Shown: positions 1-13,330, counted from the whole stretch's first letter. The stretch: DNA of 57,040 nucleotides, filler included, from Sphacelaria rigidula (GCA_964200075.2; 8 parts of 8 records of this genome joined end to end with filler, not necessarily neighbours in it), one strand, 5' to 3'. Program-made: numbers and translations. The notes: generated from the letters alone by a model not told the origin.

Positions 1-892
1 TGACTGACCTCGGACAGACGGACGTTACACGTCTACAACGCAACAGCTATAACCCAACGCGACGAAACACGCCACACGTGCAGCACACCTGGTTTCACGT
101 GGGGGCATTTTTGTGGACAGAACACGCGACATGCGCAGCACGCCTGGTTTTACGCGAACGAACAACCGGTGTTTACTCAATGCCATACTTGCCGGAGAAA
201 CCCGCTCATGTTGGGACGGTGGTGCTAGCTGAAAGGAATCGGTGGGCCTGACCATGAGCGGTACGATAAAATGGTGAGGAATTACTGGATTGATTGACGG
301 CGGTTGTCATGACTTGGTCGGGCTTCCTCTGCTTGCAAACAGAGTTGTTGTCCACTGGGGTACTGTCGCCCGCAACCAATGATGCGGTTTTCTATCCACC
401 ATGCACAAGAGGGACGGTGCATCATATCGTATCATATCGCCCGCGCAGCACACGACACGGCAGCGGACCAGCGAAACAACTCCCCCACACAGACGGACGA
501 GTGTCCACCAGGAGGCTATAACTTGTCGAAAGCGATTGGCATCTATTACGTTCTATTTTTTTACGGCTCTCGCTACTTATGGTCTCTTCGAAACGTCTAT
601 TATTATTATTTTTCTTTTCGGCTCTCGCTGTTTGAAAGTAAACTATTCTGTTTTATTTTTTGGGGGCTCTCGCTGTTGAAACGTCCATTCTGTTCCATTT
701 ATTTCGGCTCTCTCTGTTTGTGGTTCGTTGTTGAAGCGTCCATTCTGTTCTCTTTTTTTGCGCGTGGTTTTTTTTATGTAAATTAGTGTTCCGAGAAGGA
801 TCACACGCTTACTTGATTCCAGTCTGGAGCGGCAGATCATTTTGCTTACTCGATTCCAGTATCGAGCGGCGAGACATTTCGCATAATAATAC

Positions 893-969
893 ATTGGATT
901 GGATTGGAATTGGATTGGATTGGATTGGATTGGATTGGATTGGATGGATTGGATTGGATTGGATTGGAT
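893..969. repeat. (GGATT)n pentanucleotide microsatellite
   Basis: Near-perfect GGATT run; explains the LDWIG/IQSNP repeat ORFs. Confidence 0.95.
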
Positions 970-1214
970 ACGGTTACACGACACGCCTCCTTCGTCAAAT
1001 TGTAAACATAAAATATCTGGCTCGTGATTTCTTGACATTGAGGAAAGATCAAGAGAGGTCAAATCGAAAATTGACGGTTGTTCCCCCACACTTCACAAGT
1101 TCCAAGCTTCTCTCTCGTCATCACACAAGTGAAAACAAAGCTATAGAACGCTCGACGACCTGTTTATTGCTCGCATCTCTTTTTTTGCCAGGTCAACAAC
1201 CCCCAAAAATTATC

Positions 1215-1305
1215 ATGGCTTTCAAGGCGTTCTTCGTGCTGATGGCTCTAGGCATGGTTGCCCTGGGGTCGGCTTTCCTGGCGCCTTCATCTCTCGCAAG
1301 ACATG
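1215..1305 (+). CDS. First coding exon of a probable plastid-targeted protein (bipartite signal/transit peptide); rest of gene not identified
   Basis: MAFKAFFVLMALGMVALGSAFLAPSSLARH: hydrophobic signal followed by GSA-FLAP, matching the heterokont ASAFAP motif. Ends at G|GTGAGT donor (phase 1). Upstream polypyrimidine-CAG acceptor at 1189-1191 suggests a 5'UTR intron. Confidence 0.72.
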
Positions 1306-1970
1306 GTGAGTTCATGGGGAACGAGTGTTTCTGGACATGTCGATTTCGAATACTGTAAACACGATCAGGAGTGGTCTGTACCGACTATCAGCAGGGGGTG
1401 TTGTGGGGGCATGTATGCATCCAGCATGTTTTGAAATCGGGTGGGACACGAAGCATGTATGCGCAGTGTTGGTGTGGGTGCATGGAGACCGTTTGTATTC
1501 AAGTCTGTGTGCGTTCGTGCCTGGGTAGACAGTCAGTACCCGTGAACTCTTGACTTCGTTACTCGAGTGCTGCTGCGCATGGTTTGTGCTGCAATTATGG
1601 TTTATCCAAATCCAAACCCTGTTTTTTGCAACATGACTGCTTCTCTCATGCCTCATACGTCGTGATCATGAAAGATGAAATGATCCTACAGGCCACTGCA
1701 ACGAGCTAACAAGCTCATGCATGACACATGCAACACAGTAGGAGACAGTGCAATACGGAACTACGACGAGGCGAAGCACTCGTGTACACTTGGTCTTCGC
1801 ATGCCACTTACGTAGTTTTCATTGCCAGTGCTATTCCTCTCTTCCCCCCCTCCATTCCGTTTTTTTTGGAGCTCGCTGCCATGACAACGACACCCTTTCT
1901 ATAAACACACTATTCTCCACCTAATGGCAATTGTGTCCAGCTGACGCAGGCACTGCGACATACACGCTCG

Positions 1971-2117
1971 CATGAACATGTTTTCTCCACGTCACCATTC
2001 AGCTATTTTCATCTTTGCTGCATGAACATGTTTCTCCACGTCACCATTCAGCTATTTTCATCTTTGCTGCATGAACATGTTTCTCCACGTCACCATTCAG
2101 CTGTTGCCATCTTTGCT
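1971..2117. repeat. Three tandem copies of a ~49-bp unit
   Basis: catgaacatgtttctccacgtcaccattcagct... at ~1971, 2021 and 2069; a related single copy lies near 4356. Confidence 0.9.
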
Positions 2118-2688
2118 GGGGTCGCGATAGGCGGTTGTGCTGGACTGGACTCTTGGTCTTCGCATGCCGCTTGTTACTTTTCCTTGCCAGCGCTATTCCT
2201 CTACCCCCCCCTTCCGGTGGGCATCAGCTCCGTAAGCGTGCTCAAGGTTTAGCTTAATCTGGGGTTCTCCAAGGGGCAGTCGAAAAAAAATCGGGACACG
2301 TAGGCCCCCCTCCCCCCTCCCTCCCGGAAGGCATTTTTTCGAAAATTGTCATGATTTTTTAGATTTTTGTTTTGTCGAGTTTGTCACAAGGAATTGATCA
2401 CGAACACTATTTGATTATTTCTGTTAATTTTGTTACAAAAAATTTATCACTGAACGCTGACAATAACCGAAAAGTCTGATGGGCTTTGTGGGGTGCGAAT
2501 ATCTGCTTCTGCTCCTTGCCCGCTCTGTCCCGCTGACCTCAGATGCCGAAGGGCGTTTTATTGAGAATCAGAATTATCCCGATTTTTTTTTCCTGTGAAC
2601 TTTGTTGCAAGAAATTGATTAATGAACATTGACAAAATCCGAAAAAATTGGTGTGCTTTGCGGGGTGTATGTTTGCTTCTGCTCCTTT

Positions 2689-3165
2689 AGGCCGCTTCTT
2701 ACAATGGACCAGAATAAAAACCCGGAAAAATGTATTTTTGGAGCTCTTACGTCGTTTTACGCCCCAATAGAGAGCTAGGCGGAGTTTGACACTTTCGAAT
2801 GACTTGCTCTACTAGTTGAGGCGGTTCCAGGACTTCCCGTTTTCCGGTGGTCACAGTTTTCATTGTGGCCAAGAAAGAATTTTTGTGCAGGAACGGTGAA
2901 AAACAGTCAAGTCCAGAAAAAAATGCCACTTTTCTCTGGACTTTTGACCGTTTTTCACCATTCTTGAACAAAAACTCTTGTTTAGCCAAAATGAAAACGG
3001 TGGCCACCGGAAAACGGGAAGTCCTGGAACCGCCTCAACTAGTGGAGCAAGTCATTCGAAGGTGTCAATTTCCGCCTAGCTCTCTTTTGGGGCGTAAAAC
3101 GACGTAAGAGCTCCGAAAGGACACTTTTCCAGGTTTGGATTTTTGTGTATTTAAAGAAGCGGCCT
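2689..3165. mobile_element. Fully palindromic (fold-back) MITE-like element
   Basis: Ends aggccgcttcttta / taaagaagcggcct; arms ~2741-2920 and ~2930-3113 are near-perfect reverse complements. Confidence 0.85.
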
Positions 3166-5533
3166 CACATATCAACATCCGATCTATAATATAATGATCG
3201 TATATATTTTAGCACATATATTTTCCTATATAACTATATATAGTATATACTGCCCCTCGATGAATATTCATGTATAATCTACAGCGTTTTGGAAGGGTAA
3301 TCAGTGAAAGCAGCAGAAGACAGTATCGTGACAATGTGATTTGAAATATCGACTGATGGTGGATGATGGGGGCGGGGGGGGGCGATAGCTTGTAGCTTGA
3401 AGCTAGGTGGCGAGAGGTCAAAGGCTGCAATACCCCGTGTCCAGAGGCCGCAACGACCCACTGCTACACCATGTATCATGCGTGTACGTAAAGCGGACAT
3501 ATTGTTCCGATATGTGGTGTGGGGTGGCGTTCAAACTCAATGATGAGAGAAAGTCCTACTTTTCAATTCAACACGTTGTTTCAAACTTCTCATGCGAGAA
3601 GGCGCGCCTCGTGAGGGGATACTGCCACAACGCCACAACAAGGACGCGAAGGGGGCGCATACAGTACGCATATTCTCGCTGAAGAAAGCTTGAAGTGGGG
3701 CATTGAACGAGGGGGGAGAGAGCTTATAAGAGGTATCTCAAACTCGGCGATCCTGGATCATTGGACGAATACTGTAGTACAGGATATCCTGGACTACGAG
3801 TTTGACATAACTCAACGGAGGTCCCGAAATAACATGGACGGTAATCCGAAGGGATCTTTGAGGAAGATCCCTCCCGGTTTATGTCGTGAACGGGCGCCAA
3901 GAACGTTGAAGAACGTTGAAGAAGAGCTTTCATTTGACAGTTTCACCAACTATTAGTGAAATGCGCATCGCCACGTCACGTTTTCCGATCCTTACGGTTG
4001 GAAGTTGGAAATGAGTTCGCGACCTTTCCTTGAAAAGAACCAATCCTTGATGTTCCGCGCAGTAGGCCCACTAGACCTGAGGATTTGTACGTAAACAATG
4101 GTACAGGAAATAAATAAATTTATGGCGGTTGTCATGCGTTTCGTACCTCTCTACTTCTTTGATCCCCTCGGTAAACTCACCTCATCAGTTCTGGGATGGG
4201 ATACCGGGACGCCGAGTTTGAGATACCTCTAAAAAGAAGAAAGAAACGAGCTTGGTTTTCCGAGAAAACGGGCGTACGGAGCTAAAGCCTACCTTCCCGC
4301 TGTAGTGCTTTCTGGAGCTCGCTGCCATGATATCGACACTCTTTTTATGAACACTATTGTCCACCCAATGGTGATCTTGTCAAGCTGACACAGACATTGC
4401 CATAGATACGCACTCATGAACATGTTTTCCCCACGTTGCCACTCAGCTTTTCTTTCGTCAACAAGCAGCGGAATCAAGTGATCAATCCCATCTAGTTGGA
4501 TATGACGGAGATATGCCGACACGACGAGGCAAAGTGCATCGTTGATGCTGCACTATGCCACCATGCCCACGAACAGCTTCCCCTCGCAAGATGACATCCA
4601 AATCGTGTGATTCACAGAGAAGATCGGGAATGAATTCGAAGTAAGTGCAATATACTCGGCCCAAGAACCAGTTTACTCCAGGGAAAGGACGTGGAAGATG
4701 CACACAGGGGCCTTTGCGTGAACCGGCTTAATTTCACTCTTTTTCAAGTGAAAGTGAGGCCGATTCTCGAAATGATCCGTGCAACACCCCGAGAAACATT
4801 TTCGCTCAAAAAGTGCAACCCTACCGTAGCACCTTGTCCAAGACTACGATGAAACTTAACAGAAGGTATAACGGCGCGGGGGAAGCGGGGGGAACAGCAC
4901 GTGGAGGTTTGGCTGGAAAAAAAGGCACCAACCCGATTACCCAAATCCTCGAAGTGCAAGTTTGGTGGTATCTTGTATCCAGGGTGGTTGTGTAGCAACA
5001 CTTGCGATTCCGGGCGCGACAGTTATGCCTGGGGAAATCGCGTGCAGTCCGTCGTGCGTCCTCTGTCTGAAGTCTCTGTTTCGGGGCGAGGGTCACCACG
5101 TGCAAGGGCAAGAGTAGTTCCCAGGTGCGGCGTCGGTACATGTGTACTGCTGTGTGAGCAGCCACCATTTCAAGGGTCGGACAAATAATGATTCGTCTGG
5201 AAATTACTTGGTTTTAGTATAATGAGTCGACTCGTGACGAATTAATCCGTAGGTTTCATTTCAGCGTTGCAACCCAGATACACGCAGCCCAGACACGTGG
5301 AATGTCGCAAAAGTTTCGTGGATACCCCTCGGACCAGCGATCAACTTTTGTCTCCCTTTTGTGTAATCAGGCCGAAGAAATCGTGAGTTTGGTGACTCTG
5401 AGTCGTGATGATTTGTCCTCACCGTGCATCATTATTGCTGTCCTGACTGTTACACAATCTTACGCCAGAAAAGAAGCAAGTCAACTACCAAGATTCCCAC
5501 ATACAAGAATCATGCGCACCTCATGTATTTTTC

Positions 5534-6114
5534 CAAGGTTGTGTTCTGTAAGGTACGGGTACGTTCTGTAGGGTATGAGATTCCGTACAGAGTTTACAGC
5601 ACTGTCGGGTATACCGGTTTGGCAGTCTCACAGAGTTTACAGAACTGTCGGGTATTGGTATGAAAGTCTTACCGACTTTATAGAAGTTGTCGGGTACTGT
5701 ACGGGAGGCTTACAGAGAGCCAGTACCGACAGTCGGGTAACTCTTTTCGGGTATACCCGCCCCTCGGGTTCGGGTAAACATAATGTACAGAACTTACAGA
5801 ACTGTCGGGTATCGGTATGGAAGTGTTCCAGACTTTGCAGAACTCCTCGGGTGCGGTATGGGAGGCTTACAGAAAACCGGTACCGGCAATCGGGTAACTC
5901 TTGTCGGGTATAGCCTCCGTTCGGGTTCAGGTAAATGTATTGTACTGAACTTACAGAACTATCGGGTAAGGGTATGGAAGTCTCACAGAGATTACAGAAC
6001 TGTCGGGTATCGGTATGGAAGTCTTACAGAAGTCACAGAACTGTCGGGTACGGCATATACCCGGAAAAATACCCCGGGTATACAGAAAACCGTACCTGAC
6101 AGAACACAACCTTG
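5534..6114. mobile_element. Non-autonomous hAT-like DNA transposon with internal 41-bp repeats
   Basis: TIRs caaggttgtgttctgt-aggtacgg / ccgtacct-acagaacacaaccttg; 8-bp target duplication tatttttc (5526-5533) / tatctttc (6115-6122); internal acagaactgtcgggtatcggtatggaagtct repeats. Confidence 0.85.
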
Positions 6115-6286
6115 TATCTTTCGACGGTTTAACAGGGTCTAGTGCCCTATTTTCAGTACAAATCAAGAGTTATTTTGCTTGTGGATTTCTCCGCCGTGTC
6201 TGTTCTAACCAGCCTGAAACTTGGCGAAGAGGTAGACCACAAAGATAACATATTCCCGGAGCTGCGGCACGTTTCACATGGTGCTA

Positions 6287-6570
6287 CGAGCTGGGCCAGC
6301 CTAGAGGCTGCATGGAAGTTTGAAGGCGAATGCGCCGGTCAACATTGGAGGTAGACTCTGAAATTTGGTATGGATGATGCATGGGGCATGATGAAAAATC
6401 GGGAAAAAGCACCCGAAGATTTCGTTTTTTTCGTGAGTTAAGGGCGTTTTGTTGAAACCTGAACACCGGTTATTGCCCCTAACTCACAACCAAAAAAAAA
6501 CTTGGCGTGCTTCTTCGCGATTTTGTATTATGCTCTTGTGCATTGTCCATACCAAATTTCAGGTTCCAAC
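6287..6570. mobile_element. TA-flanked DNA-element end with subterminal hairpin
   Basis: TA|cgagctgggccagcctagaggc terminus; internal inverted repeat gaaatttggtatgga...tccataccaaatttc. Confidence 0.65.
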
Positions 6571-7043
6571 TCTAAATAATACCCGGCGCATTCGCCTTTT
6601 GAGAATCGGATCGGTGAAAATTCGCAACAGTGTTTCGCAGGCCACTCACCGGCTCACGTTTGGTTGTTGTGTATTGTAATTTTGTGTGTGCCCTCGCCAG
6701 CATGATTGACAAAACTCAGTGGTCCAGATTTTTTTATTTCATTTTTTCATTGGTTGAGGGCGTTTTGGTATGGTCAAGACCATGTCTTCACGAGTACGCC
6801 CAAACCTCTATGAAATAGGGTTTCCGGCACCCTTTTGTGGTGCTCCATGCTAACTTTCAAATCAAAATTCCAAGAATTGAGCCGAAACCTTGAGATAAGG
6901 CCTAACAGCGATGTACATTTCTCCTCGGAACCTCACGGATAAAAATGAAGAAAAATAAAGAAGAATGAAGAAGGTAACAAGCTCTTTTTATTTTTTTCTA
7001 TTATGCACCAGCGGTTCACCACACGAAATTTTATGGAACAACT

Positions 7044-7143
7044 NNNNNNNNNNNNNNNNNNNNNNNNNNNNNNNNNNNNNNNNNNNNTTAATTAATTAAN
7101 NNNNNNNNNNNNNNNNNNNNNNNNNNNNNNNNNNNNNNNNNNN
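7044..7143. other. Artificial scaffold linker
   Basis: 100 nt of N enclosing TTAATTAATTAA (stops in all six frames). Confidence 0.98.
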
Positions 7144-7150
7144 GAACAAT

Positions 7151-7494
7151 CAAATTTGGTATGGACAGTGCATGGGGCATAAGAAAAATAATTACTGAAG
7201 TACCAAAAGAGTTTTTTTTTTCATGAGTTAAGGGCAATAATCGGTTTTCAGGTATCACCAAAATGCCCTTAACTCATGAAAAGAAAAGAAAAACTCTTTT
7301 GGTACTTCAGTAATTTTTTTCTTATGTCCTATCCACTGTCCATACCAAATTTCAGGGCCCAACTCTGTGACCACGGGTTCGCGAGATCGGACTAACGTCC
7401 GGAATCAATAATAATAATAATAATAATAACTCCAAATGTATAAAAGAGCATGGGCGTTCAAACTTCAAATCCGCCTCTAGGCTGGCCCAGCTCG
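7151..7494. mobile_element. Same TA-flanked element family, opposite end, with ~200-bp hairpin
   Basis: Ends gcctctaggctggcccagctcg|TA; ~7152-7351 is a near-perfect hairpin. Confidence 0.7.
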
Positions 7495-8547
7495 TAGGTA
7501 ACATCTTGATTGATGTGCGCGACTTGATTAAAGGATAGGACCCGGATATTTTTCGAAGTCATGATCTACAAAACCAAACGCCTGCCAACCCAAATATTCA
7601 TTGATGTGCATTGATGTGCATAGCTGATGGCCAATCAGAGCTCACAGAGGTGAGAAGTATGGCAGGAAGGTGCCGCGGCGCTGTTGAATTGATGGCGTAG
7701 CCGTGTGAGCCGCAGGCCGGTTTGGATAGCGATTTCTTGTCTGTTTGGAGAGATGCATCACTAGCGCATCCCCTGCAGGCAACATATCGGCACCACACTG
7801 AATGATGGAGTAAGCTACTGTATGCACAACCCCCTAATACCCTTCGTGTAGTCTTCTTCTTCTTAGATGGCGTATTTGTGTCGGCAGCACTGGGTTGTGC
7901 TGTTGGCGTCAAGTGCGGTCGCCGTTTGCAGACAAACCCAGGAGAATTTGACTTGCTTTCGAAGTGAAGAGCAGAAAAAATCCAGTACTTCGAAGTAGTA
8001 ACCTACCTGCCTACTGTGCTGCACAGGCTGCACGCTACGGCACCGTCTGTACCATAGGTAATGCATGCAGCTCGTGGTTTGGTGAGTGTATATGAGCGCA
8101 CGACTGACAGAAAGCAAGCGTACTTGATATATCCAAACCTGGCATTGAGCGTTTGAGTGCCTCTTGCTTTGTTCGACAGCGATCTTCTGCCGCTGACGAC
8201 CCCCGCAACAGCAAGGATTTAAATCCTGAGCGATCGTGCAAACACAACACAGCTGTTCAGCTGTCTGCGCAGATACACAACAGCAGATCACAGCAGACAT
8301 GAAGCAGGTAGTTCGTCCTGGCAAAAAACCGTGTGGCTGTGATCTAGAATACATGTTGCAACGAAGCCACGCAATGAATAGCCCATTTATATATCTCCTG
8401 CTTGATCATTCCTACAGTCGGTGTATTAATCTATTTGTGTGTACTGTTGTCTTCACATTAAAAAACCGTTCCGATATCTGCGCGGTTCATTCGAACTGGG
8501 CATCTGATGCGGACGTCTTCCGTGGTCACAGGCTAGGAAACCCCCCC

Positions 8548-8794
8548 GACACTTTCTACGATAGCCCCCCACCAAAACCAGCTAAAAGTGTCACGAAAAA
8601 AATGACCATACAGCGCCTGATGTTCGGGTTTAGGCTGCACGAAGCGCCTCATATTGGCAACTTTGACTAGAACGAACCAGACCGTGGGATTAACCAGCTT
8701 CTCGTTGTGCTCGGCTTTTCCTATTTCGATTTACGTGAAGATTTTGCCTCCCAAAACCATGCACTTTTGGGGGGGGGCTATCGTAGAAAGTGTC
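8548..8794. mobile_element. MITE with ~22-bp TIRs
   Basis: gacactttctacgatagccccc / gggggctatcgtagaaagtgtc flanked by C runs; another end of the family at ~21500-21521. Confidence 0.75.
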
Positions 8795-10559
8795 CCCCCC
8801 CAAAACAAAATAGACCCAGATTAAAAAAACTCACAAAACGCGATACAAGCAAAATAGGAACAAATAATGTGTACTATTACCGAGAACGTTGGCGTCGAAA
8901 TTTGGGGATTTCCGGGGGGTCAGTGTGGAGCGTACCGGGGTATCAGCGCGGCAGAGGGCTGGAACGTGGGAAAGGGTGGTGAAATACGATCAGGAGGTCT
9001 TGACGAAGAGTTGGGACTATCTTCTAATAGTATCAAGTTCCAGCGATACCGATGGCGTTTAACTTTTCCTTTTTGTATGTCACCCCCCCCCTCCCGAAAT
9101 GTGTTGCGATTGCCTTGGCACCCCAAGTATTTTGGACGCCAGTCTACCTTTCGCAACATGTGGGCGCATCTGTCGGGGGTCGCACAGGAGGGAGGTCAGC
9201 ACAGGAGTTTTCTGCTTACCTTATTTTTTTCTTACCCCACCTTCCTTGTGCGGTGGAATAGGGGCAAATTACCACCATCACCGGGCGGCATAATTCTTTC
9301 TCGACTGTTGGCCCAAACAGGGTAATGCGCGAGCTGGAAACACAAAAAATAATTTCAACTGAAAACCGCAAACCATTTTACTAAAATTATCGCGTACGCA
9401 TCGGACACGGTTAAGGGCCCGTGCATGCGTAAAATACGTGACTCATGGCACAGAGGAAGTATGTAGTTACCGGTCGATCACGCCCTTGCCTTTCCGACTG
9501 CCCTTCCATTCCACAAAGAGGTCACGAGAAAAATATCTACCGTAGTTTTGAACGACATTCACGTGCAGCCAGCACCATCCTGCCGTTCATTCATGCGGGG
9601 TCCTTCCTTGGCATGGGACCGAGAGACGGACAACTCGTCCGATGCTGCTTCTTTTTGTAGTACCTCGAAGTATGAAACAAACTCTCAAAAGAGTCTAATA
9701 TAGCGAATTCAGTGCGAATTTTCGCCAGAATAAGGGGTTTGGCGGGTTGTGCCGCCTCAGAGAGACTTGTCGCTGCCCTCTCTTCGAGGGCTCCGACGCA
9801 CTCTTTCGATCTTTAGTGTGCCCAGTTTGACTTGAGGCCGGGTGAACGTTTTCTCAAGCAACCCCGAAATCATACTACCGTATTTCTCTGAGACCATTAT
9901 CATTATCGCACATTGGCCTAATCTCTCGAACCCGTGGTCACAGACGTGGGCTCTCGCTTTCCAGTGCCGTCACCACTCTCCCTTGCATGAGATAGAAGCG
10001 CCCATTGAGCGACTTCGTCGAAAACTCCGAAAACAAAGTAAAATAAAAATTATTAAAAAAGAGATGGACGTCAAATGGAGACCAGAGCAATGCTAAGCTA
10101 GGGATGCACTTTTTGCGCGAAATCTTGTCTAGTTCAGGTGCTCCTAACGATTCTAGAGGCACAAGAATATGGGTCAGGACATCCCCGTCTGCAAATCCAG
10201 TCGGGATATCCCCAGCACATTGGAATAGTGGCCCTGGCGTAGCCTCACATACTTTCATAAGTCGTGTTTTGGATGAGATCAAGGGCTCCTAACAATTCTA
10301 ACCTCATAAAATATTTGTGTACCCCTACCGGTGCACCACTCATCAAGGCAGGGTCGAACAACATCCCCAGGTAGTCAGGAGCACCGAATTTTTCAAGAAG
10401 ACGGCAGACACACGAGCGAGTACACTACTTGATGGGCTACTCGTTATGTTCCGGCGATCTTCGATAGACACAGGGGGAGTTCTAGTGGCACGACAAAAAG
10501 TTCATTTGCATGGCGCGCGTTGGTCCAATCCGCCATGCGCTTCTTAGCTCCTTCCCCTA

Positions 10560-12670
10560 CAACCTGGTACGACCCGGGACCATTTTGCGCAATTTGCGTC
10601 CGTCATGTCGCATCTATTCCGAAGGTGAAGCAGTTCTCAGGGATATGGTGTTGCAAGCGTCTCGTGAATTGGCCTGCCTCCTTCTCCTCTCAGACCATTT
10701 CTCCACGCATGACGATGTCGGGGAGGCGCTCGTCGTGCTTGCGCGCGACGTGGCCGGCGCACAGTAAGATTTTCCTCGACACGGGTGGCCTCGATGCAAT
10801 CGCAGCCAGTTCTCTCGAGAACCTGGCGGCAGGCATCATTAGGTAGTGCGGGGCGCTGTGCGGTAAGAAATGCTCGTTGCGGTACCTCAGCAGTAACCCG
10901 GGGTGGGCTTCGCGCAACAGGCTGACGGGGTGAGAATGTTTGAGTCACGTAGTGGTAGAGCATTATCTCAATCACTTCTGCCTTCAGGAAACGAGCATTT
11001 CCACCCAGGGCAATGCACGCGTTGTCGTATATCGGTCTGCTGTAGTTGATGAAGCACTTCCAGGCCTGTCCAATGCCACGGTTGACGTTAGTGGTGACAT
11101 CGCCGATGCTGTTGATGGTGCCGCCGAGATAGACGAAAAGACTCCACGCGCTCGCACCTTTGGCCTGCCGCCTCCACCTCAATCACGTCCGCCTTCACTC
11201 CCGCATATGTATGGTCACTGTGTTCTTTTCCGCCACAACGAGACCAAACGCCGCATAGGCTTCGACCGTGGGCGTAATAATCTTTGTCCGGCTTGGTTGA
11301 GATCATGACGCGATGCCAGCGTCGTCGGCGTGCGGCATGACCCAAAGCACCTCGCAAAGCAGGTCCGTGGTGTTCCCACCCTGGTAGCGATGCGAATGAG
11401 GTCACCCACCGCAGCCTCACCGGTCGAGAAGCGGTCGAACGCCACCCTCACCAATACCACGAATAAGATGCTGAACACGTGGGCAATCTCACAGCTTTGG
11501 CAGAGGCCCTGGTTAACGTTCAAACACTCTGAAGTTTCGCCGCTGTCAAGGCGTCCGCACGCCCGCATGCCATCGTGGAACTGGCTGATGACGGAAACCA
11601 CCTTGACGAGAACGCCGTATCGTGCAAGCACCTTTCATAGAAGGGTGTAGTCGACTGAATCGTACGCCTTCCGGAGGTCGATGAAGCACATGTACAACGG
11701 AAGATTCTTCTCCCTGGCCAGTTTTTGACGTCTGCGTACAACGTACATCGTGTCGACTGTCGACCGGCGGGGTCGGAAATCGCGTTGAGCTTCTGGGAGG
11801 ATCCTCTTTCACTCGCAATATTCGCCGAGGCGAATTGTAGCTATCTTTAGAACCATCTTGCCCTCGTGGGACCCTAGGGAGATACCGCGGTAGTTGCCAC
11901 ATTTATGCGAGTCCTCATTCTTGAACAGCACCGTGATGACAACTTATTTCCATTCGTGAGCCAATCTGCGATACGGGGAGGGGGGGGGGGGGGGGGGGGG
12001 ATTTGGTCACTAACTCCCACAAAACAACCCCGCCACAACANNNNNNNNNNGGGGGGGGGGGTCGGGGGGTGGGGTGGGGGGGGGAGTCTGCCGCGGGCGT
12101 ATTTTGGGCCATATCCCCCACAAACAATCCGCTTCAAATCACCGTCGAACGCAGAACTACCTGTTGTTCGAATGCGCTTGCTACGGATAAGTAACACTCA
12201 CTCATTCCGCTTGACACCGGTTTCTCCCAAATACAAGCGTGCCGCGAGTGCGTTAGGTCGTCGGACACACCTATCTGTCCATTTTTTTCGTGGAATCCCC
12301 CCCTCGCCCCCCATCGTAGGATCACTTTCCTGTGACACTACTTCCAAACGCCACACTGTAAGCACGAAGTTGTGGAGGCACTTCATTGTAGCAGAGTCCT
12401 CGATGAGGCCGAGCATAAATAGCTCGTCACACAGGTATCAAGTCTCAACAGCCTTGCCATTTGTCAGCTTGCTCGATGCTTCCGTCACTTTTTCCATCGA
12501 GGGCTCGGCCGCGAGCGCTTCGTTCCCCGGCATCTGTTCGATGGCATCAATGGCAGAGCTGTCGAGCGTAGACGATATTACGTGCAAAAGCCTCTCGAAA
12601 CGCCCTTTCCACCTCTATACGACGTTGCTTGTCCCGTAACAGCTCGCCAGACGCGCTCCTGATGTAGGTT
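10560..12670 (-). mobile_element. Decayed RTE-like non-LTR retrotransposon (reverse transcriptase region), interrupted at ~11950-12320
   Basis: Frameshifted minus-strand peptides CGNYRGISL, LYMCFIDLRKAYDSVD, FHDGMRA, NVNQGL, HADD (degenerate YADD), YLGG; upstream RWKGRFERLL and KLTNGKA linker; internal stops. Confidence 0.88.
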
Positions 12671-12795
12671 CAGTCACACCCCTTATTCCCTTCCATTTCC
12701 AAGGACTTCATGTGCTGGTATACAACATTACCTGGTACACCCTGCGGGGTAACTCCGCTGTTGTCTTGGCGGTGAGCTCAAAATATATTATTGTA

Positions 12796-13330
12796 CTACC
12801 TTGTTTCTCTGAGATCGTCGTTGTGTGTATTCAGATGTTTCCAAGTGTTTCGTGGACCATTTGACGAATCGGTAATACTTCCAAAAGTCAAAGTGGGCGT
12901 CCGAAAAAAGTCGTGAATAGCGGCGATATCCTCTCGGGAAAAACGTATCGCAAGATTCTTCAAGGTGGCACAATCGATGATACCCCGTGCTACTACTGTA
13001 CTCCGGCGAAAACTAGCGCTGAATCGCCAACATTTCTTTTTCATACTTTCTTTTTCCCATTGAGAAGTTGTTTCCCATCGAACTGTCGCGCCACGATGTC
13101 GCGAAAAATTTATGCCGCACATCACCCACATACCGATACATGGAGCTCTTCTGCATCGAGTGTTTCTTCACCGCCGAAAGGCGGTGTGCGCGTCCCAGCA
13201 GTACCAACTCACCCAGACAATAAACGGCCAAAAACATGTGCAGGGGAATTGACACCACCAAGGTGAAATTTCGGACAGCATTCGCTCCATCTTCAGAAGG
13301 AAATTCATGCCAGATGCCGTCGTGATGGGC
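12796..13330 (-). CDS. Two candidate exons of an unidentified protein (~13330-13213 and ~12996-12796)
   Basis: Open frames (...GIWHEFPSEDGANAVRNFTLVV..., VVARGIIDCATLKNLAIRFSREDIAAIHDFF...) with a G|GTGAGT donor and compatible phase; no family recognised. Confidence 0.25.

Noticed and set aside
2747-3107. Two near-identical 86-aa ORFs on opposite strands
   Set aside because: A consequence of the palindrome, not a gene pair.
6213-6286. Exon LKLGEEVDHKDNIFPELRHVSH apparently disrupted by a transposon at its donor
   Set aside because: The restored donor needs sequence from across the linker, and the phase does not match the leader exon.
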